From the NCBI GenBank assembly GCA_964533715.1, contig CAZHNI010000002.1, positions 46,496 through 110,495 on the forward strand: a stretch of 64,000 bases of DNA, given 5' to 3'. This document shows, piece by piece, positions 54,062 through 63,481 of the stretch; position 1 is the first letter of the stretch; each line of letters starts with the position of its first letter. The DNA is from an uncultured Gammaproteobacteria bacterium (GTDB taxonomy: Bacteria > Patescibacteriota > Patescibacteriia > Magasanikbacterales > GWA2-37-8). The translations under genes and the position numbers were made by a program. The notes beneath the pieces are model-generated. The model was not told the origin of the DNA and did not search any database. It worked only from the letters and a program-made list of their open reading frames with translations.

Positions 54062-54898
54062 TTAGCGAATTAATAATAAAAGTCCCAAGATAAGGCAAAC
54101 TCCTAGGATTAGTTTTTTTAAAATGTGCTCTTCCCCAAAATATAATTTACCAGAGATTACGGCTAGCACTAATGCTGAGGCACGTATAGCAGATAAAATT
54201 ATGGCAGCAGGTGCGAATTTATAAGCAAAGCTTGTTAGAATTGCTGCTCCAACTTGGGTGCTGGATTGAATTAAAAAAAGTGGTTTAAATAAATTATACG
54301 AAAAATTCTGTTGTTTCTTCAGAAATGTGCCAATAAAAAAATAAATTGTTAACCCACCATACGCTATAGTTTGTTCTGCAATTACAGAATTAAAGTGAGT
54401 AATATTATATTTATATAAAGAAATAGTGCATGCCGCATTAATAGCCGAAATAATAATAAGGCCCGCTCCTGTACGGCTAAATTCTTGTTTAATAAAAGCG
54501 ATTATAAGCGCCAGTAGGATTAAAATAATGCCCATTATTTGTCGATTAGATATAGAATATCCTAGCGTTAAGTCTATAATTAGAACAAGAGGGATGGCTG
54601 TGCTGCGTAGAAAACTAAACGTACTGCGATCACTTTTAACAAGCGCTAAAATTGCTAAATGTGCCTGGGTGATTTCTAAAATTAAGCGAATTGCTACAAA
54701 TGGCAGGGAAGCGGCAACAAAGACAAAACCGCCGGGTTGGATTATTGCTAAAAGTATGAAAACAGCAAGTGTCGCCGAGTTTTGGATAAACCCAAGCGTG
54801 TAGATACTTTCTCGGCCGGCTGCTACTGCCCATTTCCCAATAGAACCGGATAATTCATCGCCGAGTGATCCGAGAGCTGCAAGTAAAACTCCAAACAT
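54062..54898 (-). CDS. DMT-superfamily (EamA-like) membrane transporter
   Basis: 278 aa, about 10 TM helices, with a two-repeat architecture. Confidence 0.55.
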   Translation of the reverse strand: MFGVLLAALGSLGDELSGSIGKWAVAAGRESIYTLGFIQNSATLAVFILLAIIQPGGFVFVAASLPFVAIRLILEITQAHLAILALVKSDRSTFSFLRSTAIPLVLIIDLTLGYSISNRQIMGIILILLALIIAFIKQEFSRTGAGLIIISAINAACTISLYKYNITHFNSVIAEQTIAYGGLTIYFFIGTFLKKQQNFSYNLFKPLFLIQSSTQVGAAILTSFAYKFAPAAIILSAIRASALVLAVISGKLYFGEEHILKKLILGVCLILGLLLLIR

Positions 54899-54959
54899 AG
54901 TACTTTTGAGTATATCACAATTTTAAAAAATTAGCTGTAGATGCCCTAATCAGTCTTTA

Positions 54960-54998
54960 AATCAAAACCGTCCAGATGATTTCTGGACGGTTTTGATT
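54960..54998. terminator. Perfect 15-16-bp hairpin (ATCAAAACCGTCCAG-atgattt-CTGGACGGTTTTGAT) between two minus-strand genes, at the edge of the high-GC islet
   Basis: Inverted repeat read directly. Likely the terminator of the high-GC gene ending at 55058. Confidence 0.5.
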
Positions 54999-55057
54999 AG
55001 TGCTCGAGGGGGGTGGAAACCTCAGGGGGATGTCGAGCGGCATCGTGAGGGGGGGCT

Positions 55058-55894
55058 CTAGAAGATCTGGAGGTCGAGGAGGGCGCGGAGCGCCAGGGCG
55101 CGGCACATGTTGCCGCCCTTGGTCTGCATCCGCACCACCCGGTTCAGCGTCTGGAAGGCGCCGGCCGGGTTGTCGAGTCGGAGCTGGGCCTTGGCCGCGA
55201 AGAGGAGCGCGGTCCCGATGGCGTCCCCGTACTCGCCGGTGAGCGCGGTCGCCTCGGCGATCTCGATGGCGCTGGTGAAGTCGCCGGCGTCGTAGAGCCT
55301 GGCCACCTGGGCCATCATCCAGAACGGGCGGAACAGGTCGTGGTAGCGGTTGTCGGCCGCCTCCATCGCCTGCATCGCCGCCAGGTACGACGAGCGGCCC
55401 TGGTACTGGTTGATGTTGGCGAGCATGCTCGCCTCGACGACGTGGGCCGGGATGTTCCCCTCGACCCACTCGAGCGCACGAGGGGACTCGTCGCCCGCGA
55501 GCGCCTGCTGCGCCACTGCGGCGGCGGCGGCGAGCCGGTTGAAGGTGTGGCCCAGCTCGTCGCCCCTGACCACGGCGTTGTTGAACGCCGAGACCGTGGC
55601 GAGGAACGCCTCGATCGCGTAGCTGGTGTCGGTCTCGCGCGTTGCCGGGGGCGAGCGGTACTGCTCGGCGGCCAGCAGGTGCAGGTTGATCAGCGCACCG
55701 TAGCCGCCGCCGTCGCGCGTCATGATGCGGGCGTTGTAGCCGGCGCGGAGCGCGAGCGCCGTGCGCTCGACCCCGTCCGGCAGCTCCGCGATCTCCGCCA
55801 TGACCTCACGCAGGAGGACGGCGGCTTCCCCGAATCCCTCGTTGGTCTGGCGCAGCGCGTACACCCGGTCGATTTTTTTTCCGATTTCTTCCAT
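55058..55894 (-). CDS. High-GC all-helical hypothetical protein (278 aa)
   Basis: RBS AAGGAGGG 8 nt upstream of the ATG at 55894 (MEEIGKKIDRVY). GC-rich throughout. The plus-strand antisense ORFs 55340-55939 and 55000-55242 are judged spurious. Confidence 0.6.
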   Translation of the reverse strand: MEEIGKKIDRVYALRQTNEGFGEAAVLLREVMAEIAELPDGVERTALALRAGYNARIMTRDGGGYGALINLHLLAAEQYRSPPATRETDTSYAIEAFLATVSAFNNAVVRGDELGHTFNRLAAAAAVAQQALAGDESPRALEWVEGNIPAHVVEASMLANINQYQGRSSYLAAMQAMEAADNRYHDLFRPFWMMAQVARLYDAGDFTSAIEIAEATALTGEYGDAIGTALLFAAKAQLRLDNPAGAFQTLNRVVRMQTKGGNMCRALALRALLDLQIF

Positions 55895-56044
55895 GTGCTT
55901 GCCCTCCTTGTGGGCGTTTTGGGTCAAAATTTTGCTTAGCAAAAATTAAAGCACCCCTCATTTTATCATATAATAAGGTTTTTGTCAATTCGCGATCATC
56001 GATTCGTTTAAAATTTTTAACCCGCTAGTTTTTCTTGATAAATT

Positions 56045-56053
56045 TGGTATAAT
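56045..56053 (+). promoter_or_regulatory. Extended -10 element TGGTATAAT
   Basis: TGnTATAAT match 46 nt upstream of the ATG at 56099. Confidence 0.4.
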
Positions 56054-56098
56054 ATGGTACTCTTAACTCAGATTAGATTGAAAGAAATTACCTTAAAT

Positions 56099-56821
56099 AT
56101 GAAAATTCTTGGTATTATTCCAGCGCGTGGCGGCAGTAAAGGTATTAAAAATAAGAATATTAGACAGTTTTGTGGAAGGCCATTAATCTCGTACGTTATT
56201 GATTGCGCCAAAAAATCAAAATACATTCAAAAAACCATAGTTTCTACCGAATCAGAGGAAATTGTCAAAGTTGCTAGGCGTTATGGCGCAGAAGTTCCAT
56301 TTTTGCGCCCTCCCCAATTTGCGCAAGATAAAAGCAGGGTTTCTGATGCGATAATTCATTTGTTAAGCAAGCTAAAAACGGATTTCGATTATATACCAGA
56401 TATTATCGTTTTGCTTCAGACAACTTCTCCTCTTAGAACCCCTCAAGATATCGACGGCGCTATTAAGTTATTAATCGATAAAAAAGCGGATTCGGTGGTG
56501 AGTGTGTGTGCTACAGAGCAACTGGTTTTTACTAAAGATTCGGAGAATCGGCTCAAAAATTTAATTACAAAAAAAGAATTCCTGCGTTCTAATAATCGAC
56601 AGGAACTGCCTCGTACTTTTAAACTGGATGGTTCCATGGTGTATGCCATTAAAACAAAAATTTTTCTAAAGTATAAATCTTTTTTAGCCGGTAAATTGGT
56701 GGGTTATGAAATTCCACGTTGGAGAAGTGTTGATTTAGACGAACCTGAGGATTTTGTGGTAGGAGAGTTGATTTTTTCTCAATTTAAAAAATTGGCACAT
56801 AAAATTGAGCATTTTAAGTAA
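56099..56821 (+). CDS. Acylneuraminate (CMP-nonulosonate / CMP-sugar) cytidylyltransferase family protein, copy 1
   Basis: ILGIIPARGGSKGIKNKN and LLQTTSPLR motifs. The real start is the ATG at 56099. Confidence 0.8.
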   Translation: MKILGIIPARGGSKGIKNKNIRQFCGRPLISYVIDCAKKSKYIQKTIVSTESEEIVKVARRYGAEVPFLRPPQFAQDKSRVSDAIIHLLSKLKTDFDYIPDIIVLLQTTSPLRTPQDIDGAIKLLIDKKADSVVSVCATEQLVFTKDSENRLKNLITKKEFLRSNNRQELPRTFKLDGSMVYAIKTKIFLKYKSFLAGKLVGYEIPRWRSVDLDEPEDFVVGELIFSQFKKLAHKIEHFK

Positions 56822-56831
56822 TTAAAATCAT

Positions 56832-58148
56832 ATGTCTTCCAAACCACACATTAAAGAATTGCTAAAAAAGCGGCACGATCTAATTCCGGGTGCTGCTCAT
56901 ACCTACTCCAAAGGCGACGACCAATTTCCAGCCAACGCCCCCAAAGCCATGCTAAAAGGCAAGGGCGCTTATGTGTGGGGAGATGATGGTAAAAAATATC
57001 TTGATTGGTGCATGGGGCTTAGATCAGTATCGCTTGGACATGGTTATTCAACAGTTGTTAAAGCGGTGTCCAAAATAATCAAAGACGGAACTAACTACGG
57101 TCGTCCCCATATTTCTGAGTTTGCCTTGGCTAACAAAATTACAAAAATTATTCCATATGCGGAAATGGTAAAATTTGCTAAAAACGGCTCTACCGTTACC
57201 ACCGCCGCCACCAAACTGTCTAGGGCCTTTACTGGTAGAAAATATATCGCTGTGTGTAGTAGCCATCCTTTTTTTAGCTATGACGATTGGTTTATTGGTA
57301 CTACCCAATGCGACGCCGGAATTCCCGAGGAGATTAAACAATTGACGCTAACTTTCAAATACAACGATATCGACAGCGTTGAAAAATTGTTTGCGGAACA
57401 TCCCAAAGAAATAGCCTGCGTTATAATGGAGGTTGTAACCACCGACGAGCCGCAAAATAATTTTTTGCAAAAAGTTCAGGATATAACCAAGCGCAATGGC
57501 GCCGTGTTTATTTTGGATGAGATGATTACCGGTTTCCGTTTTGATTTGCAGGGCGCCACTAAATTATATGGGTTAAAGCCTGATTTAATAACATATGGCA
57601 AAGGCATCGCCAATGGTTTTTCTTTGGCAGTGTTAGCGGGCCGCAAAGACATTATGGAATTAGGTGGGCTCAAACACAAAAAAGAAAGGGTGTTTCTTAT
57701 TTCCACTACTCACGGCGCGGAAACTTCCGCCCTAGCAGCGGCCAGCGAAACAATCCAAGAAATGAAAAAGAAAAGAATCCAACAACATTATTGGAAGATG
57801 GGAGGTAAGCTACGCAAAGGCCTGGCAGACTTAATAAAAAAACATGGTTTGTCGAAGAATTTGGATTTAATTGGGTTTGCCCCAAATTTGAGTTTGAATT
57901 TTAAGGACAACTCTGGCACTGTGTCGTTTGTTTATAAATCAATTTTTTTACAGGAAATAATCAAGCGCGGTATTCTCTTTCAGGGTTATTTTGCAATTTC
58001 TTTTTCCCATAAAGAAGCTGAAATTAAACACACGATAAAAGTTTTTGACGAAGCTATGAAAACTTTTAAACAGATAATTTCAACAGGTAACCCAGAAAAA
58101 TATTTGTTAGGCGAGGCGGTTAAGCCGGTCTTCAGAAAATATAATTAA
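56832..58148 (+). CDS. Class-III PLP-dependent aminotransferase (glutamate-1-semialdehyde 2,1-aminomutase-like)
   Basis: Motifs YVWGDDGKKYLDWCMG, FILDEMITGFRF and YGKGIANGFSLAVLAGR (PLP-Lys region). Confidence 0.75.
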   Translation: MSSKPHIKELLKKRHDLIPGAAHTYSKGDDQFPANAPKAMLKGKGAYVWGDDGKKYLDWCMGLRSVSLGHGYSTVVKAVSKIIKDGTNYGRPHISEFALANKITKIIPYAEMVKFAKNGSTVTTAATKLSRAFTGRKYIAVCSSHPFFSYDDWFIGTTQCDAGIPEEIKQLTLTFKYNDIDSVEKLFAEHPKEIACVIMEVVTTDEPQNNFLQKVQDITKRNGAVFILDEMITGFRFDLQGATKLYGLKPDLITYGKGIANGFSLAVLAGRKDIMELGGLKHKKERVFLISTTHGAETSALAAASETIQEMKKKRIQQHYWKMGGKLRKGLADLIKKHGLSKNLDLIGFAPNLSLNFKDNSGTVSFVYKSIFLQEIIKRGILFQGYFAISFSHKEAEIKHTIKVFDEAMKTFKQIISTGNPEKYLLGEAVKPVFRKYN

Positions 58149-58155
58149 TTGAGGT

Positions 58156-58956
58156 ATGCAAAAAGGTGTGGTAAGGGTCGCATTGGCACAAATGAACGTT
58201 GAATGGGAAGACAAAACAAAAAATCAAACAACGTGTGAAGAACTGGTTGCTAAAGCCGCTAACCGCGGGGTTGATATTGTGATATTTCCGGAAATGACTT
58301 TGACCGGATTCTCAATGAACGTTGCTAAGGTCGGGGAGTTAAACAATCGGAGCCAAACCACAAGATTTTTTGCAGATTTGGCAAGTAAATACAAACTGGG
58401 TATAGTTTTTGGTGTGGTAGAGAAAACACTCTCGGCTAAGGGGGCCAATACGGCAATCTTTGTAGATAGATCTGCTCGCGTCAAGGCGCGTTATCAAAAA
58501 ATTCATCCCTTCAGTTTTTCTGGAGAGCACAAGCATTTTATTTCGGGTGAAAAACTATCTTTTTTTACAGTCAACGGACTAAGATTTGTTTTGGCAATCT
58601 GTTATGATCTTAGATTCCCCGGAATGTTTGAAGCCATATCTAGATATAAACCGGATGCCACGATAGTGATTGCTAACTGGCCACAACAACGAATTAGTCA
58701 TTGGAAGACGCTTCTTTGTGCCCGTTCGCTGGATTTACAAAGTTATGTCATCGGAGTTAACCGGCTAGGGGATAGCCCCGTTGGAAAATATAACGGAGAA
58801 TCAACCGTGTATGATCCCGGAGGTAAAGCAATACTAAAATTAAACAATAAGGCGGGGGTTGGATATGTAGATTTGAAAAAGGCCGATGTTTTAGAGGCTC
58901 GAAGAAAATTTCCTTCTGTTAAAGACAAGAAGTTTTCTGTATATAAGAATCTGTAA
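58156..58956 (+). CDS. Carbon-nitrogen hydrolase (nitrilase superfamily)
   Basis: Motifs VALAQMN, DIVIFPEMTLTGF, KIHPF and AICYDLRFP (catalytic Cys). Confidence 0.75.
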   Translation: MQKGVVRVALAQMNVEWEDKTKNQTTCEELVAKAANRGVDIVIFPEMTLTGFSMNVAKVGELNNRSQTTRFFADLASKYKLGIVFGVVEKTLSAKGANTAIFVDRSARVKARYQKIHPFSFSGEHKHFISGEKLSFFTVNGLRFVLAICYDLRFPGMFEAISRYKPDATIVIANWPQQRISHWKTLLCARSLDLQSYVIGVNRLGDSPVGKYNGESTVYDPGGKAILKLNNKAGVGYVDLKKADVLEARRKFPSVKDKKFSVYKNL

Positions 58957-58958
58957 TT

Positions 58959-59960
58959 TTGGTTCTATTATTTATGAATAAAAGGCTGGTTACTATTGTT
59001 ACATACCACTACGTTCGCGATTTAAAGAATTCTCGCTACCCGGCAATAAAGGGGCTGACAGTCTCTGATTTTAAAGAGCAGCTTTCTTATATTAAACGTC
59101 ATTATGAGGTTGTCTCCATGGAGTCGATCCTCAATGCCGTTGTTTACGGTGGTGATTTGCCGACCAATTCACTATTGCTTACCTTTGATGATGGTTATGC
59201 CGACCACTTTAACACGGTATTTCCTATTTTGGATGACCTTGGTTTGCAAGGAAGTTTTTTTCCTCCATTTAAGGCGGTATTAGAGCACGAAGTTTTGGGT
59301 GTAAATAAGGTACATTTTATTTTGGCCACAGTATTAGATCGTAAAAAATTGTTGCGCGAAATTTTTTCAGAATTAAACGTGTATCGTAAAAGTAATAAAA
59401 TAGAAAGCAACCAGTATTTTGTTGACATGATCACAAAAGATCATCGCTTTGATGACCGGGAAACTCTGGTTGTAAAACGGTTGTTGCAGAGGGAAATTCC
59501 TGAAAAGATTCGGGGTGGCATCGTCGATAAGCTATTTAAAAAATATGTCACCTCTGACGAAGCATCCTTTGCCAGTGAACTTTATGTAACTATGGATCAG
59601 TTGCGGTGTATGAAAAAAAATAATATGTATATTGGTGGCCACGGATATAGCCACTCCTGGTTGGGGCGTCTAAATCCGATCGAGCAAAAAAAAGAAGTTA
59701 AACTTATGATTAAAAATCTTAAGGCTGTCGGCGCAGATACAAAACGCTGGGTGATGTGCTTCCCGCACGCCTCATATAACGATTCTCTCATCCAAATATT
59801 AAAAGAAAACGGCTGTGTTGTGGGTTTGGATGTGGTTCAAAGAGTCGCCAACTTGGATAGCGACAACACCTTTCTTTTACCCAGGCTAGATACCAACGAT
59901 TTGCCGCACAAAGCCTCGGCTAAACAGGATAAATGGATAAAAAACTATGATGTTTGCTAA
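58959..59960 (+). CDS. Polysaccharide deacetylase (NodB / CE4 family)
   Basis: LLTFDDGYADHFNTVFPIL and HGYSH motifs. Confidence 0.75.
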   Translation: MVLLFMNKRLVTIVTYHYVRDLKNSRYPAIKGLTVSDFKEQLSYIKRHYEVVSMESILNAVVYGGDLPTNSLLLTFDDGYADHFNTVFPILDDLGLQGSFFPPFKAVLEHEVLGVNKVHFILATVLDRKKLLREIFSELNVYRKSNKIESNQYFVDMITKDHRFDDRETLVVKRLLQREIPEKIRGGIVDKLFKKYVTSDEASFASELYVTMDQLRCMKKNNMYIGGHGYSHSWLGRLNPIEQKKEVKLMIKNLKAVGADTKRWVMCFPHASYNDSLIQILKENGCVVGLDVVQRVANLDSDNTFLLPRLDTNDLPHKASAKQDKWIKNYDVC

Positions 59961-61737
59961 CAACAAAATAGTAAGGGCGTTCAGAATTTTTCGGCGCGCT
60001 TATGGCGAGTACAAATATCGCGCATTGCTCCAAGTGGCTTTGAGTTTTGCCAACTCAGTTTTGGAGGGTGTTGGTATTACGGCCATTATTCCTATATTTT
60101 CGTTCATCGTAAAAAATCAGAATCCAAGCAGTGATTTTATTTCTAATATTATCTCTCGTGTTTTCGGTTATTTTAATATAGCCTTTAGCCTGCGTTATCT
60201 GCTTGTTTTTGTAGCTTTTCTATTATTTAGTAAGGTTGTGGTTTTATTTTTAGCTAATTATTTAGCTGCTAAGATGGCCGCAGAGTACGAGTCTAGGACC
60301 CGAGACAGGTTATTGTCCGCTACCCTTTCAGCCAATTGGTCAGTGCTATCAAAACAAAAGATTGGGCATCTAGACCAAGTTGTCACTACAGATGTGATAA
60401 ATGCATCCAGCTTGCTTCTGAATCTCAATACATTTTTACTTTTCTTGGCGCAGCTGATAACTTATACGCTCGTTGCGGTCAACATTTCTTTTGTTGTAAC
60501 TGTTCTTGTTGGAATTGTTGGGTTGCTTATACTCTTTGTATTTAAAAAATACTTTTATCTTAATAAAGTTGTTGGAAGACAAGGCGAGCAGCTGTATAAA
60601 AAAGTTGCTCATTTTATCAATCAAAATGTTTTGGGTTTAAAAACGGTTAAAGCCATGGCGGTAGAGGACAGCGTAATTAAAGAAGGGGTTGGTTATTTTG
60701 GTGAACTAAGAAGGATTAATATTAAGACGGCAGTTTTTCGTAATATTACCACAATTTTTATTCAGCCGATCGGGATTTTGTTTGTCATTGGTGTCTTCAC
60801 TTATTTATATAAAACAACTAACTTTAATTTTGCATCTTTTGTTGTTATTATTTTTGCCATCGGTCGAATTTTCACACAAATTCAGACAGGACAAACCCAG
60901 CTGCATAATATTATCGGTTTAGTTCCATATCTTCAGAACATACTTAATTATACAGACTTGATGGAAGGTGGGCGGGAAGAGACAACCGGCGCTCTGTCTT
61001 TTGTAATGAATGTAGGATTGGAATTTAAAAATGTTAGCTTTTCCTATCCGGGACGCGACTTGGCAATTTCCGATGTAAGCTTCCTGCTTAAAAAAGGCGA
61101 GCTCACCGGGCTTATTGGTCCATCGGGTGCTGGTAAAACCACGATCGCTGATTTGTGTCTTCGTTTGTTTTACCCTGTGGAAGGAAAAATTTTGCTAGAC
61201 GCGGTAGACAGTAGGGGGGTCAGCCTCAAGGAATGGCGTAAAAACATCGGCTATGTTTCTCAGGATAACGTGCTGATCAACGATACTGTTGAGGCGAATA
61301 TCCGTTTTTATGATAGTTCTATTTCCGAGAATGATGTGATGGCGGCGGCGCGCAGTGCTTATATTTATGATTTTATAAAAAGCATGCCAAATGGTTTTTC
61401 CACCGTAATCGGTGATCGCGGAATCGATTTATCAGCCGGTCAACGTCAAAGGGTTATGTTGGCTCGGGTTTTGGCTCGTCGACCGCGCATGCTCATTCTA
61501 GACGAGGCCACCAGCGCTCTGGATAATGAATCCGAGGATTATATTCAGAATGTAATAAATAATTTACGAGGTTCCGTAACTGTTTTAATAATTGCACACC
61601 GACTTTCTACGATAATTAATTGTGATAATTTATTGGTTCTAGATCGAGGAAAAATTGCCGAAAGTGGTTCCCCGCAATCATTGCTAAGTGATGAAAGCAG
61701 CTATTTTTTTAAGATGTATAATATTAAAGTCAAGTAA
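59947..61737 (+). CDS. ABC transporter, fused permease/ATPase (MsbA-like exporter)
   Basis: Six N-terminal TM helices. Walker A GPSGAGKTT, ABC signature LSAGQRQR and Walker B ILDEATSALD. Confidence 0.85.
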   Translation: MMFANNKIVRAFRIFRRAYGEYKYRALLQVALSFANSVLEGVGITAIIPIFSFIVKNQNPSSDFISNIISRVFGYFNIAFSLRYLLVFVAFLLFSKVVVLFLANYLAAKMAAEYESRTRDRLLSATLSANWSVLSKQKIGHLDQVVTTDVINASSLLLNLNTFLLFLAQLITYTLVAVNISFVVTVLVGIVGLLILFVFKKYFYLNKVVGRQGEQLYKKVAHFINQNVLGLKTVKAMAVEDSVIKEGVGYFGELRRINIKTAVFRNITTIFIQPIGILFVIGVFTYLYKTTNFNFASFVVIIFAIGRIFTQIQTGQTQLHNIIGLVPYLQNILNYTDLMEGGREETTGALSFVMNVGLEFKNVSFSYPGRDLAISDVSFLLKKGELTGLIGPSGAGKTTIADLCLRLFYPVEGKILLDAVDSRGVSLKEWRKNIGYVSQDNVLINDTVEANIRFYDSSISENDVMAAARSAYIYDFIKSMPNGFSTVIGDRGIDLSAGQRQRVMLARVLARRPRMLILDEATSALDNESEDYIQNVINNLRGSVTVLIIAHRLSTIINCDNLLVLDRGKIAESGSPQSLLSDESSYFFKMYNIKVK

Positions 61738-61811
61738 TCATTTTGGTTGGAGGGGAAAGATCGGCGTAAATTTATCGAAACAATATATCAACTTCATTTA
61801 TAGAATATACT

Positions 61812-62546
61812 ATGGAGAAAAAAACTATTTTGGCAATCATCCCTGCTCGCTCTGGCTCTAAGCGTATTCCTAATAAAAACATTAAGAAATTTTTAGGCAA
61901 ACCATTGATCGCTTACACTATAAAGCAGGCCTTATCTAGCCCTCTGGTTGACCGTGTAATTGTTGATACGGATTCCGATGAAATCGGAAAAATTGCCAGG
62001 CATTTTGGCGCTGAAGTTCCATGGCTTCGCCCGAAAAAACTGGCTTCAGACAAAGCCAATGTTGTTGATAGTATATTGTATACGTTGAAAAGGCTTTCTG
62101 CAGAAGAAGGTTATCACCCCACACACTTAATGGTTTTGCAAACCACCTCACCGCTCAGAGAACAAGAAGACATTGAGGCGTGTTGGAATCTTTTGAAAAA
62201 AACTAAAGCCACCACAGTTTTAACTGTCGCGCCCACCCACCCAAAGCTGTATCATTTGTCAAAGTACCAAGACACCATTTTGGTAAACGGTTCGGAGAAA
62301 CACTCCAACAATACCCAGACCTGGGAGCCGGCCTATATTCTAAACGGATGTACTGTATATATAGTCGAGGTAAAAGCGTTGTTAAGGGAAAAGCGGGTAA
62401 TTACCGAGAAGACTAAAGCAGTTATCTTGCCAAAATGGCGCTCCGTTGATTTGGATACACCGGAAGAATGGGTGATGGCGGAACTTTTTTATAAAAATAA
62501 AGACTTTATTAAACGGCGGATTAAGTACATTGTAAACAAGGTATGA
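61812..62546 (+). CDS. Acylneuraminate cytidylyltransferase family protein, copy 2
   Basis: ILAIIPARSGSKRIPNKN and LQTTSPLR motifs. Confidence 0.8.
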   Translation: MEKKTILAIIPARSGSKRIPNKNIKKFLGKPLIAYTIKQALSSPLVDRVIVDTDSDEIGKIARHFGAEVPWLRPKKLASDKANVVDSILYTLKRLSAEEGYHPTHLMVLQTTSPLREQEDIEACWNLLKKTKATTVLTVAPTHPKLYHLSKYQDTILVNGSEKHSNNTQTWEPAYILNGCTVYIVEVKALLREKRVITEKTKAVILPKWRSVDLDTPEEWVMAELFYKNKDFIKRRIKYIVNKV

Positions 62547-63481
62547 GAATAGGAATCATCGGTTTCGGTTCGGCGGGGGAACGCCATTATAATAATTTAC
62601 AAAAATATACCAAAGACATCGTTGTTTTTTCTAAGAGAAAAGATGTTAATGTATCTTGTTTGGTAAATGATTGGGGGGAATTCAAAAAATTCGGGCCATT
62701 TGATTTGGTTTTTATTACGAACGAAACACATAAACATGTCCAGACAATTAAGAAGTGTTTAAAGATGGGTTTTAGAGCTTTTTTTGTTGAAAAACCGATT
62801 TCACACAATTTACGCGGTCTAGCCGCCCTGCGCAGGCTAGTGCATCAGAAAAAAATTATTTTGTGGGTCGGCTATAATCGACACTTCTACCAACCGCTCA
62901 TAGAAATTAAAAAGTTTATTCAAGGAAATAAGCTTGGAAAAATTTATTATTTACGTGTCTCCATCGGTCAAAATCTCAAGGACTGGCGTCGGCGTGATTA
63001 CCGGCTTACTTACTCATCCAAAAAAGAACAGGGGGGCGGAGTGATGTTGGATTTGGTTCATGAAATAAATTATGCGGGTTGGATGCTCGGTGAGACCCTA
63101 GAGCCAAAGGCCGGAGTCAACCGTAAATTGTCTAATCTAGAAACCGATGTAGAAGATTGTGCGGAAAGCCTGCTGGTATCAAAAAATGGCACTATTGTTT
63201 CTATTCATCAGGATTATTTAAATACAGTATTAAAATGGAGTGTTGAAGTGGTTGGCTCGAGTGGCAATATAAATTGGGAAAGACGTGACAGGAAGATCAT
63301 TTTTCAAAATGACAAGAAAACTATCGTTAGGCCAGTTTTTGCTGAGTATAATAAAATGTTTGAGGCAGAGTTAGTTTATTTATTTAAAATGCTTGGAAAA
63401 AAGAAGTTTTTTACCAACATAGATGAAGCTTGTCGTGATATTGAAATTATTGAAAAACTTAAACGCTATGGACAGAAATAA
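62543..63481 (+). CDS. Gfo/Idh/MocA-family NAD(P)-dependent oxidoreductase
   Basis: N-terminal Rossmann motif RIGIIGFGSAGERH and the family-typical EKP motif. Confidence 0.7.
   Translation: MRIGIIGFGSAGERHYNNLQKYTKDIVVFSKRKDVNVSCLVNDWGEFKKFGPFDLVFITNETHKHVQTIKKCLKMGFRAFFVEKPISHNLRGLAALRRLVHQKKIILWVGYNRHFYQPLIEIKKFIQGNKLGKIYYLRVSIGQNLKDWRRRDYRLTYSSKKEQGGGVMLDLVHEINYAGWMLGETLEPKAGVNRKLSNLETDVEDCAESLLVSKNGTIVSIHQDYLNTVLKWSVEVVGSSGNINWERRDRKIIFQNDKKTIVRPVFAEYNKMFEAELVYLFKMLGKKKFFTNIDEACRDIEIIEKLKRYGQK

Noticed and set aside
55000-55949. Several plus-strand ORFs (60-199 aa) inside the fourth high-GC islet
   Set aside because: Antisense or overlapping frames of the minus-strand gene. Arg/Ala-rich with no start signals.
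56054-56098. 5' extension of the first cytidylyltransferase
   Set aside because: The conserved family N-terminus (M-K-I-L-G-I-I-P-A-R-G-G-S-K-G) starts at 56099. A promoter-like TGGTATAAT lies inside the putative extension.
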